The position numbers and the translations under genes were made by a program. A DNA stretch of 64,000 nt, taken from Felis catus. Its lineage: Eukaryota. Shown here in pieces: positions 11,171 to 23,537 of this stretch. The notes below the pieces were generated by a model, which had not been told where the DNA came from, did not search any database, and saw nothing but the letters and a program-made list of their open reading frames with translations. The stretch is from positions 114,268,001-114,332,000 of the forward strand of contig NC_058373.1 of NCBI RefSeq assembly GCF_018350175.1. Reading direction: 5' to 3'. Numbering within the stretch: position 1 is the first letter of the stretch; each line of letters begins with the position of its first letter.

Positions 11171-12131
11171 GGAGTAGACAAGGAACAAAGAGAGGGAATA
11201 AAGTTGGAGGTGACCCCGGTGCTTCGAGTGGATGGGATCCTTAGCTATCAGTCTTGGAAGTGAGCCTTTTTCTGTCCTGGAAACACTCCCAAGTTTGCAC
11301 TGTGCCCGCCTCTCATGGGAAGCTGGGGCTTTTGGGGGTACATTTACACTGGGGAGTGTTGACATTAATCCTTCTTCCTCACCTGCCTTTACACCAGGTT
11401 CATGGAGGCATCTAGTGGCAAGAACCCCACCATTGGGAATTGGGTCAAAGAACTGAGCATCTAGTTTGGTCACCACCAGGCCTGGCAGTGGCACCAGGCC
11501 TCCGGGCCTCATCTTGTCCATTTGCGATCGGAGGAGAACGCCCCTACCCCCCTCCCCGCCCCAGGATATGGTGAGTATGAATAGGGCGGTTTCTGTGGGT
11601 GGTTCAGACCCCCGTAGGTACTTGGCACTTAATGCCTGCAGTTGGCCCGGATCGTGAGTGGTTGTAATCAGGCCTGATGAAGGGGCCCCCCGACTCCACC
11701 GCGGCCTTGAGCAGCTGCCAACCCTGTGACCGGGTTTTGAGACTTGCCTGCAAATTCTTTTTTTTCAGGGTGTCTGGTTCCCGCAAACAGGCCTCTCCAA
11801 ACCTTCTCAGTCTCCAAGAAGCCCCTTCTATCCTTCATCCCACTCTCCTCCATGGTGCCCCAGCTCAGTGGGAGACCGTGAGACAATACTGCTCCATTTG
11901 GCATCATGCAAACCCTCTCCTCCAGCTCCCCACTCAGCCTTCCCAATTCCGTAGGAGTGAAAGCAAAGAGCAGGAGGCTGAGTTCGAGGCAGCTTAGACA
12001 GAGGCTGGCCCAGCTGGCCAGTCGTGATGGTCTTGGGCCTGCTATGGAACCCCTCTCCTCAGCGTTGCTCTGGGGGCCAGGGTGGGTGGATGGCGTCCGA
12101 AGGCAATGGTGGGTGTGAGTATGTGTGCATT

Positions 12132-12134
<3 letters not shown>

Positions 12135-12161
<27 letters not shown>
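12135..12161. repeat. (TG)n microsatellite
   Basis: Directly visible. Confidence 0.95.
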
Positions 12162-12162
<1 letters not shown>

Positions 12163-12964
12163 GCTCCCGGGAGCCCCAGCGCCGATGGTGATCTCTCCAC
12201 GCGGGAACAAGGGACTGCATTGTTAGCCTGCCTATCTCTTGGTTTCTGATTCACCCCAGGCCACTGCAGCCTGAGCAGGTTTGCAGCTGCTCAGGGATAT
12301 ACTTTCCAGCACATTTAGGACTTGGAACCGCCCCAGGTTTCGGGAACACATGGTGGGGGGGGGGGGGGGGCGGGGAGCGAGGGGGCTCAAATAGACTCAG
12401 AAAGGCGGGGAGCGAGCTACTTCTTTCTTTCTTCAAGACGAATCTCCATTTTCATCATCTGATAGCAGGAACAGCATCTGAGGACGGCGGATGAATTGCA
12501 AACCTGTGCAGGTCGGGGGAGAGGGCAGGAGAGTGGGGGGAGATGGGCAGATTTATTTCATCCTGGCTGAGGCCTTCTTGTGCAGCCCTGTCCCCTCTGA
12601 CACGCAACTCCTGCTCGGTTACACGGTCTCCACCCAGCCCGGGGGCCTGCCGGGGAGCACATGGCTCTAGCACACGCTGGAAGCCAGCCCTGGGGGAGCC
12701 TTGGGCTTCCAACAGCCAGGGCCAAGCAGGAGAGGGGAGCCAGAGGCTGTCTCTAAGATCCGGGGGTCTGGGGGAGCACCGAGTGTTCCAGAAGGCCTGG
12801 CTTTACAAATTCCTGGCATCCCTTCTCTCTGTCCCGGTGCCTGGTTTAGGAGGTAATAGAGGGTACTTTCCTGGGCTCTGGCTTCAGCTCTTTCTCCCAG
12901 ACAGGTAACTGCCTCCCAGCAGACATGAGCCAGAGGACTCTGCTGTCCCAAGTATTCGACCCCA

Positions 12965-13090
12965 GCCACTTGTCTGTTCATCTGATGTCTGTTCAGGGCC
13001 TTCTGAGTGTCAGACTTGGTCCAGATGTTGGCTCTTAGCAAGGACCACAACAAGGTCCCTGCCTTCTGGGAGCTAATGGAGAAGCCAAAC
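12965..13090 (-). mobile_element. L2 3' end fragment
   Basis: ACAAGGTCCCTGCCTTCTGGGAGCT motif with preceding antisense L2 terminus. Confidence 0.55.
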
Positions 13091-13199
13091 AAATTGAACC
13101 GCATTCATAGCACAGGTGAAAGGGGTGCAGGCAGGGCAAATCCAGATCTAAATGCCACCACCCCCGCCCCGTTCTTCCAGGAGACCCGGTGACCAGCTG

Positions 13200-13360
13200 G
13201 ACTGGTTTCAGGTAGCCTCCTCGCCTGCCACCATCTAGCTGGGTGACCTGGGCAAGTTTCTCTGTGTGCCTCAGTCATCTCCATCAGCCGCAGGGGAGGA
13301 TGGTAGGAGGCTGGGGCCTCCAGGAAGACTGTGCACAAACCCTTCAGCAGCGTATAGAAC
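13200..13360 (+). mobile_element. MIR fragment
   Basis: CTAGCTGGGTGACCTGGGCAAGTTTCTCTGTGTGCCTCAGT. Confidence 0.7.
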
Positions 13361-13991
13361 CTTTGTCTCATTCTAACATTCTTCACCTGCCCCTTTTCCC
13401 CTTAGGGTAACTGAGGATTTGGGTCCACACGCAAACCAGTATGGGAACAGGCAGGCCCATGTGTGATGCTGGAACTGCCCCTCCCAGGCCCGACCTCTCT
13501 GGGTGGTGCTGCACAGGGCTGGCCTCTGTGCGGGGCTCAGAGCTGCTCCCAGACTCCCAAACAGAGCCCCTTTCTCCTGTGCTCGCACAAAGCTCGCTCA
13601 CAGGGTCCCATTCAGAGGACTGGGTGATTGAAAGGGTGACTGCAGGCCGGCAATGTGACCTTTGGGCTGCCTCAGTGAGTGAGGGAGTGAGGCCCCATGG
13701 CCCCCAGCCCTGAGAGGACCCACCAGGCCCTAGTTCTACACAGACACAGCAAGGAAGGTTCAGCGTGGCAGAGAGGACAGGGCCAACTTCCTGGCCCTGG
13801 CCATCGTGGAGCCCCTCTGCTCAGCAATGCTCCCATTCATCCCCAGAGGAGCTGAATAATTACCCTCTCCTTGGGGACAGACTGGATAGGGGAGGTGAGC
13901 ATAGGTGTTAGAAGAGATGAATTTGTAACTGAATAAAATGGTTTAAACAGCCTGGCTTAAAAAGGATAGAAAGTCAGTTCAGCCTGGTCAC

Positions 13992-14177
13992 CACACTGAC
14001 AGAACGTTCTTCAAGATGGAAGTTTCCATATCGGCACTGTCCACACGACAACCACTAGCCACGTGTGGCTATGAGCACTGAAATGTAGCTGGTGTGACTG
14101 AGAAACTGAACTTTTCTTAATTAAATTGCCTGTAGACGCTACCCGGGGCTATGGCTATTCCTACTGGACAGGAGAGG
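13992..14177 (+). mobile_element. MER3 (hAT-Charlie)
   Basis: AGAACGTTCTTCAAGATGGAAGTTTCCATATCGGCACTGTCCA...CACTAGCCACGTGTGGCTATGAGCACTGAAATGTAGCTGGTGTGACTGAGAAACTGAA matches recalled MER3. Confidence 0.8.
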
Positions 14178-14184
14178 AGACACT

Positions 14185-14345
14185 GAGGCTTTGAAGCCAC
14201 ATAGACCCAAGTTCACATCCTGGCTATAACTTACACTTATCACGGTGTGACCAGCCTGTGTTGCTTGACTTCTCAGAACTCAGTTTCCCCATTTCGAAAG
14301 ACATGGTTGAATAACACTGCTAAGTGAGCCTGCTGGGAGCCGGGC
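14185..14345 (+). mobile_element. MIR fragment
   Basis: GGCTTTGAAGCCACATAGACCCAAGTTCACATCCTGGCT...CTCAGTTTCCCCATT. Confidence 0.75.
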
Positions 14346-16202
14346 TTCTGTATACACTGGCACCAAGGGTCCAGCTTACAGGAGCAGAGATGCATCCTGG
14401 CCAAGGTGGCCAAGGTGAATCCCCTTCCCTTCCCCTAGCAGAGACCAATCTGGGGTACTTCATGCTTCTGACCAGCCTTTCCCTTCCTAGGAAAGTGCAC
14501 TCCTCCCCTGAGGGAGGCCTGTGCACAGGAAAAGTTACCTCTCTATGGAGCTAAGAGACAGGGCAGGTCCAGGTCGCCAGGCTCGGGCCCTCCGCTCTGT
14601 GCCCACCGGCTTCATCATCCGTGAACAAATGTCCCCGGATTCCGTTGGGGAGCCTGGTAGACCCAGCCTGGACCATGCAGTGGCCAGGAGAAAGTTTCTC
14701 GCCCTTGTCCTCAAACACCAACTGCTTTCTTCCTAAGCCGTGCCCCTGTGCCAAATTTTCTTTCTCCTATACCTGAGGCCAAACTTAGCCCACATCCCAT
14801 CCAGGGAAGAACCTGCTCGTGATTTTCCCAAATGACAACTGTCTTGCCATGCCGACGTCCTCCGAAGATCCGGCCCTGCCTTCCCAAGAAAGCCCATGGT
14901 CGTTGTAGGACTCCAAGAGGAGCAATGTAGGAAGGAAGGGAGGTCCAGGACCCTCGGCCCCAGCCAGCACTGACAGGTCTGTCTTCAGGTACATGCACCA
15001 GGGGTTCCTCTAAACAACAAAGGCCACTGGCCTCCTTCCTGTAGTGACAATGGCCAGGCAGGAGAGCCGATGGAGAAACTGAGGGTCAGAGAAGTTACTA
15101 ACTTATCCAAAATCTCCTTTGGGATGAGAGAGAGGATGTGATGCCCCAGGCCGTCACTCCCCGTAAAACTGCACGAGCACTCAGGACAGAAGAGCAAGGG
15201 GGAGGAGAGCCGGTGGGCCGGTCTCTCCTCCATCACATGACAAGTCACCCAGAAAGAGGAGTCCGCTGCAGGCGGCGGTGGGTGGCCGTGCCGCCTGGAG
15301 TACGGGCAAAGAGCGGAGAGCCGGCGGGCAGACACTGTATCTTCTTTCCCTCTACCCTCCGTGTAGCCTTTTCCTCCGGGCCAGCCTGTTCCACTGGAAA
15401 AACAATCTCCCCTGCCTGGGGACTTGGGGCCGGCTGGGCCACCTTCTGGTCTGTCTTCATTCAGATCCCATTTCTCTCTTCTCCGGGAGGTGGGGGAGGG
15501 AGAGCCGCTGGGGAAGGCGAGGGTGAGGCTGAAGTCTTCATCTGTCCCCTTTAAGCCAAGCAAAGAAAAATAGCCCTTTGCCAAGATCTTTCATCTCAGT
15601 CATTTACTCTCACAGATGTTTTCTGCAATATAAACAAGAAGCAAAGAATGTTGGGGAGGAGAAGAGGGTGGGAGGAGAAGGAAGAGTAAATGAACAGCTT
15701 TGAAATCCGGGCCTGCAGAGGGCAGGAAGCGGGACCTCAGCAGGGTCCCTCCTGCCCTGAGAGCGTGGGCAACCTCAGGTCACTGCACCAGGCCAGTCGG
15801 AGGGTCGCTTCCCGGGGTGTCTTTGAAAGGAAGTTCTAGAGAAGTGGCCCAGCCTTTGAGTGGGTGGTCTCCCCAAACAGCCTTCCTCTGCCTGGGAACT
15901 GACACATAGAGAGCAGCTGCAGAGGCCCCCTGGGCTCAACCTGGAGCCGTGCCCTGGGTGCTGGGGCACACACCTGCCCACCTAGCGTTTCCCAAAAGCT
16001 GGGCGGGGTCACAGGCCAGCAAGACCGAAGGGAGGTGCCCGCAACCACAGGGGGATTAGCATTCAGTTGCACCAAGGGGAGAAAAAATCTTGCCCTGGAT
16101 TTGGTTGGAGGAACACATCCTCTGGTGGGTCAGGAAGCAAACCCGGGAAGTCAGATATCACGAAGCTCAAAATCTCATGGGATTCCTGTTGATGTCACTA
16201 GC

Positions 16203-16488
16203 TCTCAAACTAAAGTCAGATGCCCAAGGGGGCTGAAAGTACCCCAAAGGAGTGAAGCTGGGTGGTGACTGCCATGACCCAGAAAAGGCCTATCTAAGGG
16301 GGCCGGCCACAACTCAGTTTCAGCTGAATATTAGCCTAGAAACTCAGAGTTTTGTATAAAATCTCTAGGGTTGGGTTTTTTTTTAACTTTTGCAATAATT
16401 AAACACACACACACACAACCATGTCAGCCTCACGAGGCGTGCCTGTGGGCAGGTTTTCGTTTGCGAATCACGAGTTTGAGACACTTGC
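16203..16488 (+). mobile_element. MER102-like hAT-Charlie element
   Basis: GAGTGAAGCTGGGTGGTGACTG...TCTAAGGGGGCCGGCCACAACTCAGTTTCAGCTGA...TTTTGTATAAAATCTC...GAGTTTGAGACACTTG follows recalled MER102 order. Confidence 0.65.
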
Positions 16489-16582
16489 AAAATGTTGGCT
16501 GGATGAATGGATACTAACTTACCGTTTACGCCTCCTGCTCTCCACTTAACAAAGGGATTTGTGAAAGGAAGGCTGAGAAAGA

Positions 16583-16850
16583 ATCAAACAGCAGTATTTA
16601 TTAGGAGCCTACGGTATCTTCAAAACGGTGCTCAATGTTATTATGGGCTCAGAAATCCAGAACACTTGGTCCCAACCCTGAAGGGTTACACTGTGGCTGG
16701 GGAGACAGAGTGATGATGCAGGAAAGGCGACCAGCCCCTGCCAGTGCCTGGTTACGTGGCCTAGAATGTTCAAGGATGGGGAAAACCTGGACAATGCTTC
16801 CCGGAGGAGGCAGCGTTTGGGCTGAACCTTGAAAAATAGGTAGAATCCCC
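16583..16850 (-). mobile_element. L2 3' fragment
   Basis: CAGTATTTATTAGGAGCCTAC..., TGGTCCCAACCCTGAAGGGTTACACTGTGGCTGGGGAGACAG, GCTTCCCGGAGGAGGCAGCGTTTGGGCTGAACCTTGAA. Confidence 0.75.
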
Positions 16851-17319
16851 ACTTGCTGAGCTGAGCGAGAATCCTGAAACTGCAAGGCCTCTCGCCCCAC
16901 CCAGGACATTGTGGAACCCTACAGTTGGGACCCAGAACCACAGAAACAGGCTGCTCCCCCTCCCTGCTAAGGAAGGGGTGACCAATCTAAAAAGCCCCCA
17001 ACCTCCCCACTCCACCTGTCCACCCCTACTACCACCAAACTGTGGGTAGGATCCCCAAGGACGAGTTGGAGGGTAGGGGAGCATGGACTGAGGGCAGGCT
17101 GTGGAGGAAGGGCCGCTGTGAAGGAGGGGGCCCTGGGCAGGCCTGACGCTCAGCAACCTTTGGAAGGAAAGAGGGAGACAGATTTCACACAAGTGCTTAC
17201 GAGCATTTCCGGGCGCCCGTGACTTCCTGCCGATGTTCACAGCTTTGAGCTACTTGCAGAGGAGAGAATGAAAAGTCGGTTGACCCCAGGCTCCTCATGT
17301 ATTAGTCCCCAGTTCCTCA

Positions 17320-17570
17320 CAATACACTGTAGAGCAGCAGTAATAACTTGCGTTTTACAGAGGAGGCAACAGACACAGCACAGCCAGCTCCCCAGGACAG
17401 GAATGTCGTCAGCTCCCTGCTCACCATGGAAGCATTGCTCCCCCACAGGGCCTGCACCTTGGGGCTGAGTGAAGCTGCCTGCCAGGTGACTTGTCCGAGG
17501 TCTCATAGCCGGAAGTGGTCAAACCCAGGTCTGCCTGACACGAGAGCCCGGGTTTTTTTCCACTACGCTG
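17320..17570 (-). mobile_element. MIR fragments
   Basis: TTTTACAGAGGAGGCAACAGA and GTGACTTGTCCGAGGTCTCATAGC...AACCCAGGTCTGCCTGAC. Confidence 0.65.
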
Positions 17571-18053
17571 GGGAAGCCTACATTCACGAATGTTCTCAAA
17601 TAGTCACAGGGTGTGCTTATCATCAGTCACCACGGCTGATGGATTGTCAATGTGCGGGAAGTGCAGTGCAAACACTACTCATGTGGCTAGCTGGGCACTC
17701 AGATTCAACAGAGATCCTTTGAAACGATGCGACTGTCCTTTTTGTTCAATGCCTCTCCAACAGCCCTTGGCTGGAACACCTCTAGGGAGAGCAGACTCAC
17801 TACCCTACATCCCATGGGACTGCCAGCAGCTGGAGCTTCTGTCTGCTTCTTTTAGCCTTCACCCACTGCTCATGGTGCTTGCTCTCTGCACGATAACGGA
17901 CACAGCTCTTCGGTACGACCACCTCGAAGACCGCTCTCTTGTTTGCCCTTTCTGCATTTGTCTCTTCCACATGTTCCTCCTGTGACACTCTTTCAGGGCC
18001 CATTCCTATGCCTCTCCCCAAATGCAGTACAGTTTCTTTGTGATTCTCTTTTA

Positions 18054-18283
18054 TTTTATTTTATTTTTTTAATTTTTTTTAACGTTTATTTATTTTCGAG
18101 ACAGAGAGAGACAGAATATGAATGGGGGAGGGACAGAGAGAGAGGGAGACACAGAATGGGAAGCAGGCTCCAGGCTCTGAGCCATCAGCCCAGAGCCCGA
18201 CACAGGGCTCGAACTCACGGACCACGAGATCGTGACCCGAGCTGAAGTCGGACGCTTAACCGACTGAGCCACCCAGGCGCCCC
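18054..18283 (-). mobile_element. CanSINE (fairly young)
   Basis: Full antisense body; 15-bp TSD TGTG(A/C)TTCTCTTTTA at 18039-18053 and 18284-18298. Confidence 0.97.
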
Positions 18284-18459
18284 TGTGCTTCTCTTTTAAA
18301 AGTGACACCTGCTGTGGCATCCCAGATGGGATGGATCAATAAAGAATCCAGCCAGAGAAATACCTCCCTAATCCTCAGCCCTCTTCTTCAGTTAACGTCA
18401 CCTAAGATCACACCAATTTTCTTGGTAATCATGCATGTTGACTCATGTCAAGTTTACCA

Positions 18460-19070
18460 TCAACACAAACCCCCAAGTTTTTCACATCTTCCCCCATCCT
18501 AGTCATGTATAGTTCCATTTGCTTTGCCCCCAAGGTTCCAGAGGTACATCTAACCCTATTGTATTTCATCTGTTGTATTTAGCCAGAATTAATCCAAACT
18601 GTTGTCGTCTTTGCGGAATCCAATTCTGTTGCCCAAGGTATGAACTACTCCCTCTAGCTGCAGGTAGAGAAGCTTGCCCTCTAAAAGTTCTTACCAGTCT
18701 CCAGTGGAACCACTGAAGTATAAGGAGACAGGAGTGCTCTGGGATGCAGGATGAGACTACCCATCCAGGCTGACATTCGTCTGCTTACCAGCACTGTCAG
18801 ATCAGTCACTTAGCACATCCCCAGCCATTGCATTTCTGTGGTCTTCCAGCCCTCACTGTCCTCACGAGTGCCATAAGATTCCTGCTCTGCTGGAATGCGA
18901 TGCCACCAGCAAACTTAGGAATCCCAGGCCCCCTACAAAAAAAAGTGCAACTGGTAGACCATCTCTTTTCTTGGTGAGCCCATGCTGATTCCTAATAGTC
19001 AGCATTTTCTTTCTTAAGTCTTCAGAAGCCATCCCTTTGCCTGTATGTAAAACAGAGATTATCCCTGAAC
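18460..19070 (-). mobile_element. L3/CR1 LINE fragment
   Basis: TACATCTAACCCTATTGTATTTCATCTGTT...GGAATCCAATTCTGT and TTTTCTTGGTGAGCCCATGCTGATTCCTAATAGTCAGCATTTTCTTTCTTAAGT match antisense L3 RT region as recalled. Confidence 0.7.
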
Positions 19071-19116
19071 CCCAAAGCAGAAGCTTCCCTCAGACACCTT
19101 GACTTGTTAACTCATT

Positions 19117-19560
19117 ATGCTGCTCATGTCCATTTGCTCCTCCGGATCCCCTCTCCATCCTTCTCCCCCTGCTCTGGGCCCCAGGAGGCTGACCTTGAGG
19201 ACTGCATCACTGGGGGCCCTGGCTCTCTGGCTTCCTTTGGATTCGGTCAATAGGACGCATCAAGAAGAGAGAGGTCAGTGGGGCAAAATCACCCTACTGG
19301 CCCCTGCTCCCCTGTGTCTCTCTGTCCCTCTACCTGAGGCCATGGCTCCTGTGGGGTGTCTCTTTCCTGAGCACCTTCTCTCATGCCTCTCCCACTTTGT
19401 CCTTCAGGCCCCCACTCCTGCTGGCCCTGGAGGCTTTCACCATACCTTGTTAGTTTTCTTTAACCTTGCTCATTGATTTGTAAGTAGCCCCATGTCTAAG
19501 TCCTCCTCGACTACCCCATTGGAGCATGCCATCTTTCCCCTGCCAGTGCTGACCGATGCA
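19117..19560 (+). mobile_element. Solo ERVL LTR (LTR33-like)
   Basis: ATGTCCATTTGCTCCTCCGGATCCCCTCTCCATCC...CCCCAGGAGGCTGACC...TTTGTAAGTAGCCCC...CATGCCATCTTTCCCCTGCCAGTGCTGACCGATGCA follows recalled LTR33 consensus. Confidence 0.7.
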
Positions 19561-19659
19561 CTCCTATTTTGAATCGTGTTGCCAGAAGAGTGAGGATAAC
19601 AGCGCTCAAGTGGTGGGGGGGGGGGGCGGGCAGAGGGCCTAGGTGTTGATGACAACAGC

Positions 19660-19885
19660 ATCAACATGGTTAAGTCACAGAACCTATGGTCTAACTGACC
19701 AAGATTGAATTACATCTGTATCATTTTCTAGTTTTATAGCTGCTTAACTTCATTGGCTTCTGCTCTGTCTTCTGTAAAATGGGAGCAGTAATCCCTCCTA
19801 ACAAATTCATTGCAAGGACTTGATGAGATTGTGTTTGTGAAACGCTAAGACAAATTGCAAGCACCTAATAAATGAGAATTATCAC
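19660..19885 (+). mobile_element. MIR
   Basis: CATGGTTAAG...TTCTGTAAAATGGGAGCAGTAAT...GTGAAACGCT...AAGCACCTAATAAATG. Confidence 0.75.
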
Positions 19886-20094
19886 AGATTATTATTAAGA
19901 GAAACTCTCACCTGTGAGTGTGTTGCTTTGGTGCCAGGATAAGCTGGCAATGCGCTGCAAGGTTTTATTCTTTATGGCTATCAGGGAATTTGGACGGCAG
20001 GTTATCTGCCCACACACTTATAAAAGAAAGAAAATACAAGTACTGTGGTTGTTGTTGTGTTAGTAGCTGGAGAATCTTTCAATTCTAGTACTTA

Positions 20095-20190
20095 TTTTTT
20101 TTTTAATGTTTATTTATTTTGAAAGAGAGAGAGTACTTGAGTCAGGGAGGGGCAGAGAGAGAATGAGAGAAAGGAAGAGAGAGTAAGAAA

Positions 20191-20228
<38 letters not shown>

Positions 20229-20355
20229 CCTAAGCAGGCTCCAAGCTGTTAGTGCTTAGTGCAATGCGGGGCTCCAACTCACCAACCACGAGCTCATGAC
20301 CTGAGCCGAAATCGAGAGACAGATGCTTAACCGACTGAGCCACCGATGTGTCCCC
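20095..20355 (-). mobile_element. Older CanSINE with expanded (GA)n
   Basis: Antisense body GAATCCTAAGCAGGCTCC...CATGACCTGAGCCGAAATCGAGAG...CCGACTGAGCCACC. Confidence 0.92.
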
Positions 20356-21924
20356 TCTGTTACTGATGTTCAAGAGAAATTTTAAGCAAAAAATAATCCA
20401 TAAGGCTATTTTTTACGTTCTAGCTGATAGCCCCTTCCTATCCCTTTTTGACATGATCTTAAAATTCCCCAACATAAAGTATGATCCCTACGTGTTTAAG
20501 CTGAAGAAACGCGGTGCCCTTCAGCCTGCCCTTACAGAGCTTCTTCCCACCCCATCCTTCCCCCAATGATGTTCTTACTAAAAATAAGGCTCAGAAGAGA
20601 GTCTCTTAACTCTGTCCAAAAGCTAAACCCAAAAGAGGTCAAAGGTTCTCTGGTCAGTCACATTTCACCCTACTATTTTTAGCTGGTGTAGGGCAAAACA
20701 AGGTTCCCCCCAGATCTGGGCTCTGTGAAAGTTGGAGATTGCACCAACATGGAGGAATACAGCTCTCCCCGTTAGAAGAGAGGCAACAATTCCCAAGCTA
20801 TCTATTCATCGCCACTGAATCTTCCACCGACTCTGTCTTCTTTGTACTTGATCACACTGGGTTGGTCTGCTTATTTGCCATTCCAATCCAATCTTTAGTT
20901 CTGAAACTTTCCTAGTGAGCTATCCACATGCCCACGCCTGTGGGCCATCTCGTGCCATGTTATCCTCTATCTCCTGCGTTAGAAGCTTCGAGGTTTTCTG
21001 GATGTCTATGCTAATGGAAATGCTCAACTAAGCTTCCTGGATTGTCAGCGTAGACATGCTTCTTTTCGCTGCCAATGTCCCTCATTCCTGATTTCTCTCT
21101 CCTGAGAGCCCCAAGCCATGCTGTTCTGTGTTCTCAGTCCCTGTCTCCCCTTACTCACACAGATGCACCAAGGGCAAGCATCTTTCTGCCCAGAGATGTC
21201 TGCCCTTCCACATACTCCCATATGACCTCCCACTCTCTGACCTTTGCTGCTGGAATCCCTTGAGTTAGAAAACCAGAGATGTTTCCATGACTTTTAAGGC
21301 TTGTATTGGCAAGGCAGCAGGAGAAGGGAGTGAGGGACCAAGCTCAGAATTTCTGCCTGACCCTAGATTGCTGCTGAGGGCAATGCCATGGGAAGGTGAC
21401 CTCCCCACAGGCGTAGGGACTGTCCCAATGGGATGACACCATTAGATACTCAATCTCAGCTCTTCTGTTGCTCCATTCCTCAAGCAAGATCCTGGGCAGA
21501 TGGAAACTGAGTTTTAAGTTAAGGGCTGTGGCTAGAGCTTCATTCAGTGATTTATGGGCTAGGCCAGGGTTTCCAAAACTGCAAAAGAGCTATTCCTGGC
21601 CAAGTTCCTTATTAGTCATATGTGTGAAATGGAAACATTGCTTTGTCAGAAATATAGTCCCCCCCCCCACTTCCTCCCCAACTGTGTCTATATCAGGTTC
21701 TGGAAATGGAGCTGGGTGTTGGGAAAGGGACTTAAGGGAAGAACAGTTTACTGCTGGAACCTGTGACCTTGGCAGTCACAATGGTACCAAGCACATATGG
21801 GAGGGATTCTAGGGCCGTCAAAAAAAAAGAAAAAAAAAGAGTGAACCCACTTCACACTGACATTGCTCCCAGAGGTGCTTTTCTGTAAATAAATAGGTTA
21901 TGCATATCTAAGCTTTCTCATTTG

Positions 21925-22480
21925 CTATTTTAGCTGTTGGGCATTCGTCCACTCTCTTCTGGTACCCGTGCTCCATTTTCTTCCTGGTGAATCCTACACT
22001 GTCTTCCGTCCTCCTCCAGGAGATTCTAGCACGGCCAATACCACCGCTAACTCAGGGTGAAGCACACGGCCCAGGTCTAAGCCAATCAGTGCAGCCCATC
22101 CTCCTGGGCACAGTGATTGGTGTATGAAGAGGCATCTGCTCAGTCAGAGACAATGAAATACCTGGAGGTTTTCCCTAGAACTTTGGGGAAAAAGACTCTT
22201 TTCCCTTGAACCTCAAATTTGAGAGGGACGGGACCTGGATCTGCTATTGTTCTCTGGTCACATGAAAGCTGAATCTTAAGCCAACATAGCAGACAGCCAA
22301 GCTTAGAGATTAAAAGTCATCAAGTCCTGATAACACACTATTTTAGCCCTGAATCCAGTTGTGTCTGATGCTGACCCTGATTCTGGATCTTGCAGTTACA
22401 CGGACCATTAGATTTTTCTGTTGCCGAAGCACATTGAGACAGATTTCCTGTGTCTGGCAACCAAAGAGCCCTAGTTGACA
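21925..22480 (+). mobile_element. MLT1 (ERVL-MaLR, MLT1K/L-like) solo LTR
   Basis: GGCCCAGGTCTAAGCCAATCAG...GGCACAGTGATTGG; 3' end GGATCTTGCAGTTACACGGACCATTAGA...TGGCAACCAAAGAGCCCTAGTTGACA. Confidence 0.75.
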
Positions 22481-22828
22481 GTTGCTGTTTCAAGGTACAA
22501 ACATAACTGAAATGGAATGAAAAGAAAGCAGGCGGGGCCAGCCATAGGAGTGTAGTTTGCAAGCACAGGCTGTGGCTCAGGTGCACCGACAGAGGCTTTT
22601 CACACTCTAATGTGAGACAGCGGCATGAGGAGGTACCCAGACAGGAAGAGGAGAGCCCCACACAGGAAGCTCCCCCAGCAAACACCACCTCTTTAGAATT
22701 GAAATTGCGTAATCAAACCATTTCCATCAAGTTTAGTCTTTGTTATGTTTAATGAAATAGTAAATATTACTGCTGTAGTGAAACCTTTTATTGAAATGAT
22801 TTGTAATTTAACCTGCTTTCCCCATAGC

Positions 22829-22868
22829 TGTGCAGAGTTAGAGTTCTCCAGAAAAGCAGAATCAATAG

Positions 22869-22911
<43 letters not shown>

Positions 22912-23537
22912 ATCTGAGAGATTGAGAGAGAGTTAAAGGAATTGGCTCATGGGAGGCAAGGCAGCAGGCAGGCTGGATTTGGATCAGAGTTGACGTTTCC
23001 GTCTTGAGTCCAAAAACTGGAGGCTCAGGCAGATTGTCTATGCTGCAGTCTGGAGGCAGAATCCTCAGGCTTTGCTCTTAAGTCCTTCAACTGATTGAAT
23101 GAGGCCCACCGACATTATGGAAGGTCATTTCCTTTACTTAAAATCAAGTAATCGTGACTACTAATCACATCTAAAAAATACCTTCAGAGGCGCCTGGGTG
23201 GCTCAGTCGGTTGAGTGTCCGACTTCGGCTCAGGTCATGATCTCACAGCTCGTGAGTTCGAGCCCCGCATCGGGCTCTGTGCTGACAGCTCGGAGCCTGG
23301 AGCCTGCTTCGGATTCTGTGTCTCTCTCTCTCTCTGCCCCTAACCCACTCGCATTCTGTCTCTGTCTCTCTCAAAAATAAATAAACATGTAAAAATAATT
23401 TTTTTTAAGTATTCTTTTAAAAAAAATAAAAAAATAAAAATAAAAATAAATAAAAAATACCTTCACAGAAACTAGTGTTTGACCAGATAACCAGCACCAT
23501 AGCCTAGCCAAGTTGACACATAAAATTAACCATTACA
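22829..23537 (-). mobile_element. MLT2 (ERVL) solo LTR with (TA)n and CanSINE insertion
   Basis: GTTAGAGTTCTCCAGAAAAGCAGAATCAATAGGAGATATATA...AAGGAATTGGCTCATG...CCTTCAACTGATTGAATGAGGCCCACC...GCCAAGTTGACACATAAAATTAACCATTACA. Confidence 0.88.
23187..23450 (+). mobile_element. CanSINE with compound tail, inside MLT2
   Basis: Perfect 15-bp TSD TAAAAAATACCTTCA at 23172-23186 and 23451-23465. Confidence 0.97.
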
